DNA of 55,981 nt from Octopus bimaculoides (GCF_001194135.2 NC_068982.1:123986822-124042802), one strand, 5' to 3'. Shown: positions 1 through 12,920, counted from the stretch's first letter. Program-made: numbers and translations. The notes: generated by a model from the sequence alone, not told the origin.

Positions 1-46
1 ATCGTACTGCATTAACCTTGAATATCCTTGTTGCTTATTTTGATTT

Positions 47-78
<32 letters not shown>

Positions 79-187
79 TATATATATATACACACACACA
101 TATATATATATACACACACACATATATATATATACACACACACATATATATATATACACACACACATATATATATATACATACACAC

Positions 188-218
<31 letters not shown>

Positions 219-282
219 TACATATATGTATATACGCATACATATACAAATGTATGAGTGCATATATATATGTGTATGTATG

Positions 283-318
<36 letters not shown>
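47..318. repeat. Compound (TA)n/(CA)n microsatellite
   Basis: Alternating TA and CA blocks; source of the spurious YI/HT ORFs. Confidence 0.95.
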
Positions 319-321
<3 letters not shown>

Positions 322-904
322 AAGACGTATTTTTCTGTCTCTTCTCTTATGCACAACTATCTTAGCGTTCATAATATTTTTTCTATCGCCTTGGCTTAAC
401 AGCCCTCATTGTTTGTTTTTACTGTCTTGTTCTCACTGTCCTGTTCTTGTTAACACTTTCACCCTCCGCAAAAAAATTCCAAATTTTATTTAATTTGCTT
501 TGCGGGAAGGACTGTTCCAACAAAGTCGCATATTGTCCTTGCCTTTGAAACGTGAAGTAGATGGAACAGGGACAACTGACGAAGGGTTATTCTCTTTATG
601 TTGCATGTCTCGTTTCTCTGTTTTTTTCGTTGTTCAAAAAAAAGTTTGTTTTCTGTTTTCATCTTTGTTTTCGTTTCTCATTATGTTTAACATGTTTTTT
701 ATGTCCTGTACCCATGTATGTATACATATAGATGTAGGTATGTACATATATGTATGGATATAAGCATATGTTTATATATTATATTATTATACATATATAT
801 ATTAATGTTTGTTTATATGTCCAATTATATAATAAAAACAATTTTACCTTAATCTATATAGTTTTGTAGTGTACAAATTTATTATTCTTACACAAGAATG
901 TTGT

Positions 905-953
905 TGACAGTCACTTCGAAGTTTGAGCCAACTAAGCCATCATCAGACTGCGA
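905..953 (-). ncRNA. Degenerate minimal type-I hammerhead-like motif (Penelope-type)
   Basis: Minus strand gcagt CTGATGA tggcttagttggct CAAA cttcgaag TG actgt; stem I, the CUGAUGA box and a palindromic stem III are present, but G12 and H17 deviate. Confidence 0.35.
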
Positions 954-1315
954 TGCTTTAGAGTTAGTCTTGCTTTTATATAGTCTCAGTTAAGTTAAAA
1001 TTATCTTTGGGTGTGTGAGTTTCAGTGGGGTGATAATTAAGTTTTTGTGTCACCTTTGCCTTTCTTCAACGTCTTGATGATACTGAAAGATCACAGGACC
1101 AACTAGAACAATGTCTAATTGAGTGTGTGGAAGAAAAGGCTATGAAGCTGGTGTTGTCTCATAGTCTTTTCTTCATAGCCTATTATATGTATGACAGTAA
1201 GAGTTTCACTCAATACAACAATTATTTTTATTATTACAGACAATGAGGAAGTGTAGATTAGCGGAATCATTAAACCATTGGGCAAAATGCCTAGCAATAT
1301 TTATTCCAGCCCTTT

Positions 1316-1529
1316 TAAAGTGACAAGCTAGTAGAATTGTTAGCTCACCAGGCCAAATGCTTCGTGGCATTTTGTCTATCTTTACATCCTGAGTTCAAAT
1401 CCCACTGAGGTTGACTTTGCCTTTCATCCTTTTAGAATTGATAAAATAAGTACCATTCAAGTACTGGGGTCAATGTAATCAACTTGCACCCTCCCTTGAA
1501 ATTGCAGGCCTTGTGCAGAAATTTGAAAC
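1316..1529 (+). mobile_element. tRNA-derived SINE (family A) with 21-nt TSD, nested in an older family-A copy
   Basis: Body gagttcaaatccc...gactttgcctttcatcctt...aagtacc...aatttgaaacc; caatatttattccagcccttt occurs at 1295-1315 and 1530-1550. Confidence 0.85.
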
Positions 1530-1760
1530 CAATATTTATTCCAGCCCTTTACATTCTGAATTCAAATCCTTTCATCCTTTCATCCCACCAATGTTAATAA
1601 ATTAAGAAAGACAAATTAAGTACAGTATTTGGGGTGAATTAGCTTAATATCCTCCTCCCCTTAAAATTACTGGCCTTATATCTAAATTAGAAATAATTAT
1701 TATACACAAAGAAAGTTTCCTCATATGTCATTATTAATTTTTGTTAGAAAGAATATTTTT

Positions 1761-2290
1761 CGTCATCATCATTTAATATCTGTTTTCCATGCCGGCATGG
1801 ATTAGCTGGTTTGACAGGAGCTGATAAACCCAGGATCCACACCAGGTTCCATTGTCTGTTTCAGCTTGTTTTCTACAGCTGAATGTCCTTCCTAACACCA
1901 ACCTCTTTACAGAGTGTACTGGGTGTTTTTTATGAGGTACCAGCACCAGCACTTTTTATGTGGCGCAATTACCAGGATCACTAAGTATCTTGCATGACAA
2001 AAACCCCTCAACTGAGATGTAGGGAGTAGTATTAAAGAGGTGTGAATCTGTGCCAGTTGAGAGATTGAAGGTATAGAGGGGACAGGTGTAAGCATCTTGT
2101 GCAGTGTGTATCCAAGTTGGAAAACAAAGGAGAGTGAGTTAGAGAATAAGATAAAGAGAGTGTGAGGAGAGAAAGAGATGATGGCAGAGATGTGTTGGGA
2201 CATGCCCTGGGCTGATTGAGTTGACCAGATGTGGTGACTAGCAAATGAGGAGGAGAAAAAAAGGAGAAGCTCAGAGGAGGCGGTTGCAAT
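1761..2290 (-). mobile_element. Retroposon with RTE-like (GAT)n tail
   Basis: catcatcatcatttaatatctgttttccatgc...ccttcctaacaccaac; related copies at about 6372-6660, 23960-24290, 50555-50765, 50998-51310 and 55711-55981. Confidence 0.75.
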
Positions 2291-2474
2291 CAATAATAAT
2301 TGTATATGTTTAAACAAAGAGATAAGTTTAGATACTATTTTATATTTTAATGTTCTTGTTTTGTTTGTTTTATTTTGTTTTTCTTTTTTTAATCCTACAT
2401 ATTACCCCACGACAAAAATACTCAAGAACTTTTGAAACAAATTCCTCACTATAAGAATATTGATTTTTTTTTAG

Positions 2475-2645
2475 TTGATGGCAGATGGGGACCCTGGCTG
2501 TCATGGGAAGAATGTAGCAAAACATGTGGAGTTGGTGTCCGTGCCCGCCATAGACAATGTAATAATCCTCCTGCACAGTATGGTGGGAAAGAATGTGATG
2601 GCAATAATGTTCTAAAAGAGCTTTGTAACAAGAAGAAGTGTCCAG
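2475..2645 (+). CDS. HMCN1: Hemicentin exon, TSP1 repeat (first in window)
   Basis: ttttag|TT GAT GGC ... CCA G|gtgagt; 171 nt, phase 1-1; VDGRWGPWLSWEECSKTCGVGVRARHRQCNNPPAQYGGKECDGNNVLKELCNKKKCP has the WxxWxxW and CSxTCG TSP1 motifs. Confidence 0.96.
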
Positions 2646-3495
2646 GTGAGTACTGAGTTAATAACTGAATTTATAGTTCTAATTTATAATGATTATATTT
2701 TGACCTAACAAACTCATAAAACTATTTTCATTTTAATTTACTGTTGTATTTTTTATATTAACCTTTTTATATAATTAGTATGATAATGTGAAATATATTT
2801 ATTGCTGAGCTGGGATATGTGAATGAGCCAAACACCAGTGATGCTTGATGTGTTAGATCTTTTCATACTGTATGTAATATAGTTTAATCTAGTGATTAGG
2901 AAAACACAGGTGAGGAATTTTGAAGACATTGTGGAAGGTTCAGATACATTTTCATTTTAATTGGTAACAGATTCAACAGCAGAATTTGTAAAAAAATTAT
3001 TTTAGATTCCTGCAATAGATAATTTCAATAGTAAATGATAGATAGGTTATTTGATAACTAGATGGGATCATCATCCTTCAAACTTTTTACATGAAAATAA
3101 TAAGTAACTGTAATTAACTGTTTTGTGATCATATATTTGAATTAATTTTCAAAATAATCAGAAATTGGAAGAATTTTGTAAAATAACTTTTTCCTTGTTG
3201 AACTGGTATTTGGGACATAACTTCACAAAAACGTTTTAATGTGGTGGGAGGTTTTAATTTTATGAACAATTTAATATGAGTTTTGTATTTTAGAAATAAT
3301 AGCAGTCTAAGGTAATTTAGTATGAAAAGGATTAAAGACCATTTTCTCTCAAAATATTTTTGTATTATCTTGTATTAGATACATCTAGTGAAAAACTAAT
3401 CAGCAGTAGCATTGTTATTGTTTTTGTTTTTTGTTATTTTATTTTTTAAATACCAGTTTATTATAATCATTGCTTTGTATTATATAAATGTAAAG

Positions 3496-3666
3496 TCCAT
3501 GGTGAATGGGGGACATGGAACCATTGGCAAGAGTGCAGCAAAACATGTGGTGAAGGCCATCAGTTAAGATACCGTTTATGTGATGATCCTAAACCTGATC
3601 ATGATGGAAAGGACTGCATGGGTAACAATCATGAGAGCCGACTATGCACAGTTGGCAGATGTTCAG
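3496..3666 (+). CDS. HMCN1: Hemicentin exon, TSP1 repeat 2
   Basis: taaag|TC CAT GGT ... TCA G|gttagt; 171 nt; VHGEWGTWNHWQECSKTCGEGHQLRYRLCDDPKPDHDGKDCMGNNHESRLCTVGRCS; absent from the ORF track. Confidence 0.95.
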
Positions 3667-4244
3667 GTTAGTTTGCTCCTAATATCCTATTTTCCATTGA
3701 AGTTTATAAAGTTACTGCTGGCAACTGGTTAATATTAACTACCATTTTGTATTTTTGAATATAATGAGCTCAATTATAACAACCATAAGAGAGCTAAACT
3801 AAGTGCCTCTCTAGCCAAGATCACTATTGTATGGTGCTTTCAGCCAATGAAGGAATACTCTCAGCCTGCTAGAAGTAAACAAATCTTCCTTCAAGTACAC
3901 TCTACCATCTTAAAAAAAAAATAATGGTCTTATTCAATAATTAGTCTTGGACATACAAAAGGACAAGTAGTAGAGCTGGGACATCTTTGATCATAGGTGT
4001 GTTTGAACAAGACTGACCTGGGGCTACACAATAACCCAGACAATATATGGTTCTTAAGTCAGTTTCAGTATGACAATCAAATATACTTAGTCTGTATTTA
4101 CATCCATGGAATACTTGGATGCTGCAAATTTTTTTTTATAACACAGATTTATAGAATTTATATTGTATTGATTATTGAATCTTTTGTAATATGTTTTTTT
4201 ATTTTCGTCAATTTAAAAAAATAAGGTTTGAAGCCCTCATCACC

Positions 4245-4310
<66 letters not shown>

Positions 4311-4835
4311 NNNNNNNNNNNNNNNNNNNNNNNNNNNNNNNNNNNNNNNNNNNNNNNNNNNNNNNNNNNNNNNNNCCAACCACCACCACCACCACCACCA
4401 CCAACACAACACACACATGAAAAAAAAACTTATTTCTCTGACATTCCCAAGCTAAAGAAATGTCTTTATTGAATCAATGAAATAAGTGAAGATATATATT
4501 TTGTAATATATGAACTTTCTCAGAGACTTTAATTCTGCTATATACTTTTCATGTAGACAAATGTCATTCTCTAAGCAGCTTTTATGTCTTATAGAATTAT
4601 TTTGCAAAACAATGTATTCCTCAGTTGCAAACCTCATAAGAACCCCAGTATGCAACTGGTACTTATTTCATCGACCCCAAAATGATGAAAGACAAAGTCA
4701 ACCTTGGAAGAATTTGAACTCAGAACATAAAGATGGATGAAATGCTGCTAAGCACTTTAACTGGCATGCTAATAATTCTGGCAGTTCACCTCCTTAATTC
4801 TAGTAATAGTCATTGTATAGCTTGTGCTCTTACTA

Positions 4836-5079
4836 CAGGGCTGACCAAAAGTCACCCGGCAGTAAATCAAAATCCCATAATTACTCAATATTCAATTTTA
4901 TTTATTCATTCCATTTATGAATGCTTAATAATTGAATGCTGTGAGTTAAAATCATCGTTTTTTTTTTTTCCAACATTTGTCTATTTATTAGTGAAGTCTC
5001 ATATAAAATAATTTCCTTGTTTTAATCTTGGAGTTAGATGGGTCTTAATTTACTGTCAGGTGACTTTTGGCCAACCCTG
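4836..5079. mobile_element. Tc1/mariner-type MITE
   Basis: 32-bp TIRs (cagggctgaccaaaagtcacccggcagtaaat versus reverse complement cagggttggccaaaagtcacctgacagtaaat), TA on both sides. Confidence 0.85.
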
Positions 5080-5806
5080 TATGTGACCAAAGTACATTAA
5101 CTTCCTTTTTTTCAATAGTTGAAAATGATAATCTTTTTGAATTTGCTAGTTGTAGCACTTCTTCATTAGTTTTATGTTTTATCCAAGAAAGTCCACTTTT
5201 CAAAAGCTTCTAGTTTGACAGATAGTTTTCAACAGTATCCATGTTTCTGCATCATATAATAGTATGGACCACATGTAATATTTACACAACCTTTTTCTTG
5301 TTCTATGTGTATATTCCTTGACGTTAAAGCTTGAATGCATAGCCAAGACATTTACCTCTCAAATGATTTAGTCCACCTTATTGTAAGTGGACACTGAAGG
5401 CTAGGAACAATTTGACACTTTTTACAATGGCAACACTATAAATGTTGATAAACAATTCATTATCTTTCAATGTTGTATTGAATGTCAATTAGTCTGGAGA
5501 AGCTACAATAGTGTAGAGAGTGTGCCCCTCACCCCAGGGCAGCACTTGAGCTCCCCCCTCCACACACCCACCAGCAAACAGCTTGTATAGGTTTATACAG
5601 CAGACCCAAAAGTGCTACCCTGTAAAAGCATCATCTGGGGCTGACTGCTCTCCTTGCCCCCCACCCCACTAACTATGCTACTGTCCCTGGATATAATAGT
5701 CTTCTGGTCTCAGTCCATCTTGTTAACTTTAATAAAAAATATTAAATTCCAAAAAGCGTTTATGTGATTCTCCTTCATGTTCTTTTATTTTTATTTCCAT
5801 AATTAG

Positions 5807-5977
5807 TTGATGGTGGTTGGAGTCAGTGGTCAACTTGGAATCACTGCAGCCAGTCATGTGGAGGAGGAACAAGACAACGTTTTCGAGAATGTGATTCACC
5901 AGCTCCAAAAGATGGTGGAGCATATTGTAAAGGACAAGGAACTATCACAGACTACTGCAACACTGATTTCTGTCCAG
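5807..5977 (+). CDS. HMCN1: Hemicentin exon, TSP1 repeat 3
   Basis: aattag|TT GAT GGT ... CCA G|gtaaat; 171 nt; [57 protein letters not shown]. Confidence 0.96.
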
Positions 5978-6075
5978 GTAAATATCATTTTCATTACTCA
6001 TATTTTTTATATGATCTCATATATTTACATATTATATATACACATTTCTACATTTTTATATGCTGAATGAGTTAC

Positions 6076-6134
<59 letters not shown>

Positions 6135-6298
6135 CAGCAACACTGAACAGATATGGTGTTTTTACCATAAGAGAAAATTTTCTCTACGGTGACTGCAGTG
6201 AATTTTTGTCTTTTAGCAGTTGAAATATGTCACAAGCATAATTCAGCTAACCTAAATTTTGCTTATCTATCTATCCATCTATCTATCTATCCATCCAT

Positions 6299-6341
<43 letters not shown>

Positions 6342-7106
6342 TACACAGAAATATATATACATACATGTGTGTAGCTGGATGCCCTTCAAATGCCAACCAC
6401 TCTACAGAGTGTATTGAGTGCTTTTTATATGACATCATCACCAACAAGGTCACCAAGTGACTTGCAAGACAAAAACCCCTCAACTGGGAGGGAAGAGTAG
6501 TATTGAGGGGTGTGGCTTTGTGCCAATTGATGAGAGATTAAAGGTATAGAAGGACAGATATAGAAAGTGTCTTGCTGTAGGGTAAATACATGGATACTCC
6601 ATTTGGAAGAGAAAGGAGAGTGAGTTAGAAAGTGATATAAAAAAAAAGGTGGGTGAGTCAGAGAGTAATATATATGTACATTATCATCATCTCTGTCATT
6701 GTTTTAACGTCCACTTTCCATGTTTGCATGGGTTGGATGGAATTTGTTAAGACAGATTTCCTAAATCCAAGAACCATGTGGTTGGGAAGCAAGCTTAATA
6801 TACAACCACGCCTATGCCTATGCCATGCCTGCATACATACATGTGTGTGTGTGTGTGTGTGTGCACGTGTGTGTGTGTGCACGTGTGTGTGTGTGCACGT
6901 GTGTGTGTAATTTCTTAGAAGAGGTTAAATAATTCATACACTTTATGGTGTATTATATCACCTTCCTTGAACACTAATTGCAAAAATCAACATCACCAGA
7001 TGAATTTTTTTTCTGGTTATTGACTAATATAATATAAACAGCATTCCATAGCTATATGCAGTAATTTCAAACGTCACAGAATCTGCTGAATCTACACACA
7101 CACACA

Positions 7107-7149
<43 letters not shown>

Positions 7150-7469
7150 GCATACATATATATATTGGGTTGAAGAATACGGTGCACACCAGATATCGCC
7201 CTACTTGTTACATACTAAATAGCTCGTGCCTTCTGAGGATTTACCGTGATAAGGGAGAAAGAGGAAGTATTAATATCCATAAGTTAAAGGTTAATTCGTT
7301 TCCTTTCCCCATTAACCCCATAAGTCAATAGAAAGTACCCAGTGACTTAATATAAAATTGGTTAAAAAGGTTTCTAATTATGTCTTTAGCTAGACTTGCT
7401 TAAATGAGGTGCTGCATTCCAAGTATACTAATATCTAAATGATATCTTTCTATCTGTATGTAATATATT

Positions 7470-7502
<33 letters not shown>

Positions 7503-7663
7503 TCATATGTGTATATAAATAGATGAATAAGGGAAAATGAATTGAATGACATTCTTTATTTCATATCATTACAATTGTTTCCACACATTGTTACACCCGT
7601 AGTATATTGTTGAGATAATATAAGTAACATTATTATAGCATTTTATGTAGTGAAAGATATATA

Positions 7664-7880
7664 TGATGGAGTGCTGAAAAGTTCCTGGTTTTTGGTAAAA
7701 GAAAATACAGGAGAATCAGTTAATTATGATTTTATTTAACATATTCCCCTCTCAGATCCATAAACTTATTGCAGCAGTCCTTCAGTTTTTCTAAGCCCTG
7801 TAAAAGAACTCAGAAGGTTGGGTCTCCAACCAAACCTTTCGTGATACACTTAAAGCCAGGAATTTTTCAGCATCCCCTCA
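7664..7880. mobile_element. Mariner-type MITE
   Basis: TIRs of about 29 bp (tgatggagtgctgaaaagttcctgg versus reverse complement tgaggggatgctgaaaaattcctgg), TA flanks. Confidence 0.8.
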
Positions 7881-7902
7881 TATTTATGTGTATGTGTGTG
7901 AA

Positions 7903-8215
7903 GGCGCATGGATCAGTGGTTAGAGTGTCGGGCTCACATTCATGAGATAGTGAGTTCAATTCCTGGACTGGGTTGTGTGTTGTGTTCTTGAGCAAAACAC
8001 TTTATTTCACATTGCTCCAGTTCACTCAGTTGTAGAAATGAGTTGCAACGATGTCACTGGTGCCAAGCTGTATCAGCCTCTGCCTTTCCCTTGGACAACA
8101 TCAGTGGCATGGAGAGGAGAGGCTGATAAGCATGAGTGACTGCTGGTCTTCTGTAAACAACCTTGTCCGGACTTGTGCCTTGGAGTGGAACTTTCTAGGT
8201 GCAATTCCATGGTCA

Positions 8216-8272
<57 letters not shown>
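7903..8272 (+). mobile_element. tRNA-derived CORE-like SINE (family B) with (AT)n tail
   Basis: A box tggatcagtgg, B box gagttcaattcc, central ttgtgttcttgagcaaaacactttatttcac block, ends in (AT)n. Confidence 0.85.
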
Positions 8273-8275
<3 letters not shown>

Positions 8276-8665
8276 GAAATGAATTTGAGAAAATGGATTG
8301 AATGGCATATAATTAACATATTGTTTCTCAATCACTAACTCCAGAATTCAATCCCTTTTGAGAATTATATCTTATAGGCAAAAACTGTGAGGTAGCCAAT
8401 TTGCCCTTGTTACATACAATGGTCATGCTGATTTTACTTGAGAATAACATTAAGGATACACATATCTATGGAATACTCAGCCACTTACATGTTAATTCAA
8501 TGAGCTTGATAGTTCAATTAATTGAACGACTAAAATCTCATGATCAGGAAGTCTGACCAAAAATCCCTTTTTTTATATATGCTCCACTTAAAAGCATTGT
8601 TTTTATTAGTTCTATTACATTGTTAATTCTATTATACGAACAGTATCACATTTTTACTTGCACAG

Positions 8666-8836
8666 TTCATGGACGTTGGTCACCATGGGGCCAATGGGGT
8701 CAATGTACTCGTTCATGCGGTAAAGGACAGCATAAAAGATTCAGAACTTGCACAAGACCAGCACCTGAACATGGAGGAAGATCATGTCCTGGTCCTACAG
8801 AAGAAATGGCATATTGTAACAAACAACCTTGTCCAG
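8666..8836 (+). CDS. HMCN1: Hemicentin exon, TSP1 repeat 4
   Basis: cacag|TT CAT GGA ... CCA G|gtaaat; 171 nt; VHGRWSPWGQWGQCTRSCGKGQHKRFRTCTRPAPEHGGRSCPGPTEEMAYCNKQPCP. Confidence 0.96.
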
Positions 8837-9307
8837 GTAAATAAATTTTATTGTTAATGCCAGCGTACCAATTTTAAGTTCAATTGCAGACATATGGGGT
8901 GTCACTCTCAATAGTCTTACTGTCATTAATAAAGAATAAAAGGGACAATTTCTTTTACAAAATAACCCAAGTCTGATTAATGGCAAGTATTAGGTGATTA
9001 TTTTTAATACCAGCAACAAATCTTTATGTCTGTACACAAATATCTGTGTCCATACTTTTGGTGGTTCTTTGAATCCAAACAGTAACATAAATTGTTACAG
9101 TCTTACAGAATGTACTGAGTGCTTTTTTCATGGAACCTCCTCTAGTGAAGTTGCCATGCAACTTGCAAGACTAACGTTTCTTTAAGGCTATGAACTGAAT
9201 GTTAAAGTAAATTTCATGACTTGAACAGTTCTTCAAATCCCAATAATAACAGTAATCATTAGTACTTTCAGCTGGGTTTCTTTTGGATTACTTGAACTGA
9301 ATATTAA

Positions 9308-9415
9308 CTTTTAACACACTGCATTTTCTCTAGATTTGTTTCCCCTGCCACTGCCCTGTTACTATAGGGGAGAAGATTCATACAGTGACATGATGCACCT
9401 ACAGTGTGCTAAAGG
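9308..9415. mobile_element. TTAA-flanked (piggyBac-like) MITE
   Basis: TTAA|cttttaacacactg ... cagtgtgctaaagg|TTAA. Confidence 0.7.
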
Positions 9416-9928
9416 TTAAGGTAGATTTTAAAAATGGAAAAATATTAACTGATATTTCTGACAGAGGATTATTGACATATGACAGAGTTTATAAATATAC
9501 ATAGATTTTTTTCATGGGTGTTTAATTTCAGTATGTAAGCTACTATCATCTTGTTTATGTTCTCTGCACTCTGTTATTAGTTAACTTGCACAAAGGTAGG
9601 ACAGTTTGAAAGAATCAAATGAGTAGGAGGACTACATCAAACTCAAGTATCTGCTTTGGCACAATTGGTTTCTATGACTGGATGCCCTTTATACAACTAT
9701 TAATTGTATTAAAATAATTTAAGTAAAGGTCTGTTGTAATGTGGCTCTGTTTGTGACATATTAAAATATGAGGACATAAATGGTTAATTCTCACATCCAC
9801 AATATGACTGATAACTGAAGTGGTAGAGGATTTTTTTTAAATTGAAAATACCTTTCATTTTAAATGAAATGTTGATTTAAATGTGTTTCTTTAATTTTGT
9901 AATAATTTTCCTTGTATTTAATTCTCAG

Positions 9929-10093
9929 TGGATGGTGAGTGGTCTGAATGGAGTGAATGGTCAACTTGCAGTAAATCATGTAAAGGAGGAACACAGGAAC
10001 GGACTAGAATATGCTACGAACCAAAATATGGTGGACAGATCTGCCTTGGAGACAAAATACAACTCCAAAAATGTAATGTTAAGAACTGCCAAA
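9929..10093 (+). CDS. HMCN1: Hemicentin exon, TSP1 repeat 5 (last)
   Basis: ctcag|TG GAT GGT ... CAA A|gtaagg; 165 nt; VDGEWSEWSEWSTCSKSCKGGTQERTRICYEPKYGGQICLGDKIQLQKCNVKNCQ. Confidence 0.95.
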
Positions 10094-10708
10094 GTAAGGG
10101 TTTTTCAGTATTCTATTCAAATAAACTATTCATTTCACTTAGTTTCTAAAGCTTTTGAGACAACATCAACATCACCTAGCACCATTTATCCTTCCCTATA
10201 AACCAAAAATCATGTGTCTATAAGGGAAACTAGATTTATTTAATGGTTTTATTTGTTCTTGTACCTTATCACCAATTAACACAGGTACCATTAGCCATTA
10301 TCCTTTTGTTTTGAGACAGAAGCAATGCTCAAGACCATTTTTGGTTCTCATTCTCCAACTACACCGATATTGCTGAAGTATGGCAAAGATTTTTCTGTCT
10401 GGCATCAACTGATCTCCTTACATATACCCCTAAAATTTTGATTCTCCAACCCTTAACTATTTGCTTACCTGTAAATTCAACATTTATACAGCTACCATAG
10501 TAGCTGAGTAAATGTTATAAATACCACAAAACATCTACTACAGTGAATCTGTTAACTGTTTGAAGCTTCAGAAATTCTAAATTAATTATTCTTGCAAGAA
10601 AATGTGATTAACAAGAAAACTTCTAAACACTGGCCAAATGTCATCTCTTTAAAAGTTCAAGTGTAACTATCATTAGAGTATTTCTTATATACCATAATAG
10701 TGCTTCTG

Positions 10709-10823
<115 letters not shown>

Positions 10824-11947
10824 CTCTCTCTCTCTCTGAAGCAATGTTTCTCATGGTGGTGCTTTGAGAAATGAAAAGGGAAAGACAAAATTGTCAAGTT
10901 TTATAAAATTGAAATGTTTTAAAACTTGTTTAACACTTTGGTGGAGAAAGAATAGTTATATGGATGCAAACTGCTTTTGTACTCATTAATAAAGTGGAAT
11001 GGAAGCAAAAATTCGCTGAAATATTGGGGTGAGGCCAGGTATTCATCAGTTCAACAATTACTGTCCTAATGCACATCCCAAAGAGGCCATCTGTCTGTTT
11101 AACAGACTCACCCATTAATACATTACAGCTACCTCGCCATCACAAATATAATGATTTGTGTTCCTTTGGTATAGCAAACTGCACATTACCTCCCTCCTAA
11201 ACACGTTCCATGAGCACACTTCTCTGTTGTTTGTTATTCTTATTTTGTTACACCCATTAAATCCTGCACTTAACACTTTGCCTAATTCTTCCTACCTAAA
11301 ACTTTAACTATTTAGAATAACCTTTTTGTCTACATTTTGTTGTCAACATCATCAACCTACAGAAGTTCAAAGAATAAAGCAATATTAATCAAATCAATCT
11401 CACCAATCAAGGTAGATCCACATACATCAATGACAAGGGACACTGTTTCACATACTGTTTGAAAAGTAATTTTATGAATTTTTCCATACCAAAAGGAATA
11501 GTTTAAATTTTAATTTCCCCCCACAATTTCTAAACTACTAACATTCTATGAAAAAAAGACAAAAAATACACATTTTATGAATTTCCATCTATAATGAAAT
11601 ATCTCACTTTGTAAAATAATGTGTAATTAATAAGCCATAGATTATATCATACTGATGGCTTCTAAAAAGAATGAAATCATGCTATATATTTTTACAAAAG
11701 ATTAGAAATTGTAAGAACTCCCTTTATAAATTTTAAAGAAAATTTTAAAATGTGGATTTTATACATCTTTTCCTTCATAATACCTTAATTTCAAATTCAA
11801 ATTTCTGATCTCACCTCATATTATAAAAAAATGATTATCTCCTTTGTAATAACTGCCATTACTAGGGAAACCATGCATAATTAATTTTTATAATCTATAC
11901 CAGGTAGCACATGATTACTGTTTTGAATTTTTGAATTCATTTTCTAG

Positions 11948-12091
11948 AAAATATTGTTAGAGCTCTTGGCAACATCATTGGTTTTGTGAATGAGCGAAAC
12001 ATTTCAGGATCCTTATTGACAGCTCGAGTTGTTACAAAGAAAGAAAAGACACTGGTTAAAGGAACTGTAAAAAATCTTCCAAAGACTATTG
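11948..12091 (+). CDS. HMCN1: Hemicentin exon, G2F (nidogen G2 beta-barrel) domain part 1
   Basis: ttctag|AA AAT ATT ... ATT G|gtctgt; 144 nt; KNIVRALGNIIGFVNERNISGSLLTARVVTKKEKTLVKGTVKNLPKTI resembles the start of the hemicentin G2F domain (RARGSVIGNIN...KITNVPRSLG, recalled). Confidence 0.9.
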
Positions 12092-12492
12092 GTCTGTATA
12101 TTTAATTCTTTTATAATTGCTTTCACATTATACAGCAAAATTACTAGACCTACATTTTTTTGAAAAAATTCTGCAATAATATCCTTTATCTTTTACTGGT
12201 TCCAGTCATTAGACTACAACCATGCTGGGACAAAAATTTATCAGTAACATAAGATCTAAATAGGATTGTTTATATATTTCAGTTATTTTTACTTGCATAC
12301 ATTTAAATTCAGTTACAGCTAGAAATTCTGTTATTTACTTTGATTTATTCACCTTTTCAAATTTCTGCTAGTGCTTAACTAACAAAACAATGTATGTTCA
12401 TGTATGTGTATATGCATATATATATATATATATATGCATATGTGTGCATGTGTGTAATATATATATTATATATATATATATATATATAAAAT

Positions 12493-12523
<31 letters not shown>

Positions 12524-12782
12524 AAATATATATATATATAAATNNNNNNNNNNNNNNNNNNNNNNNNNNNNNNNNNNNNNNNNNNNNNNNNNNNNNNNNN
12601 NNNNNNNNNNNNNNNNNNNNNNNNNNNNNNNNNNNNNNNNNNNNNNNNNNNNNNNNNNNNNNNNNNNNNNNNNNNNNNNNNNNNNNNATACATATGAACA
12701 TTTACCATCAGTGTTGTTGTTATATCATCTCAAATTGCATTGCTCTGGCTATTTTTGATATAAATTTCAATTTTTATTCCAG

Positions 12783-12920
12783 CCCCATATATGACAAATT
12801 TGATATCAATTTTGAGTCCAGTCTACTGGACAACTGCCAAAGAAAGACATGGTGCTTACAATGGTTTCACACTTACAAAAGGAAAATTCACCAAGCACCT
12901 TCAAGTTGAATTCTTAACAG
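12783..12920 (+). CDS. HMCN1: Hemicentin exon, G2F domain part 2
   Basis: ttccag|CC CCA TAT ... ACA G|gttggt; 138 nt; APYMTNLISILSPVYWTTAKERHGAYNGFTLTKGKFTKHLQVEFLT matches the hemicentin motif SILxPxYWTTAKE...NGFTLT...QVEFxTG. Confidence 0.95.

Noticed and set aside
12-399. Many ORF-track entries rich in YI, HT, CV, RE or X (also 4158-4472, 10641-10897, 12375-12708, 32686-33088, 33307-33739, 38351-38995)
   Set aside because: They are translations of dinucleotide microsatellites or N gaps, not genes.
520-615. CTGACGA and GAAAC boxes with a ttgtcctt/agggacaa stem, a possible permuted hammerhead
   Set aside because: Stems II and III cannot be formed in any permutation I tried, and the downstream GAAA is missing.
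5506-5683. GC-rich island with a possible CAGTAGCGTAG-type TIR
   Set aside because: The left TIR is too degenerate and there is no TSD.
7233-7270. CTGAGGA...GAAA hammerhead-like core
   Set aside because: Stem II is mismatched, there is no A-U/C-G stem III before a UH triplet, and there is no stem I partner.
7903-7980. tRNA-like A and B box sequences (also 15316, 31123, 53780-53850)
   Set aside because: They are SINE heads that continue into SINE bodies, not tRNA genes; the cloverleaf is incomplete.
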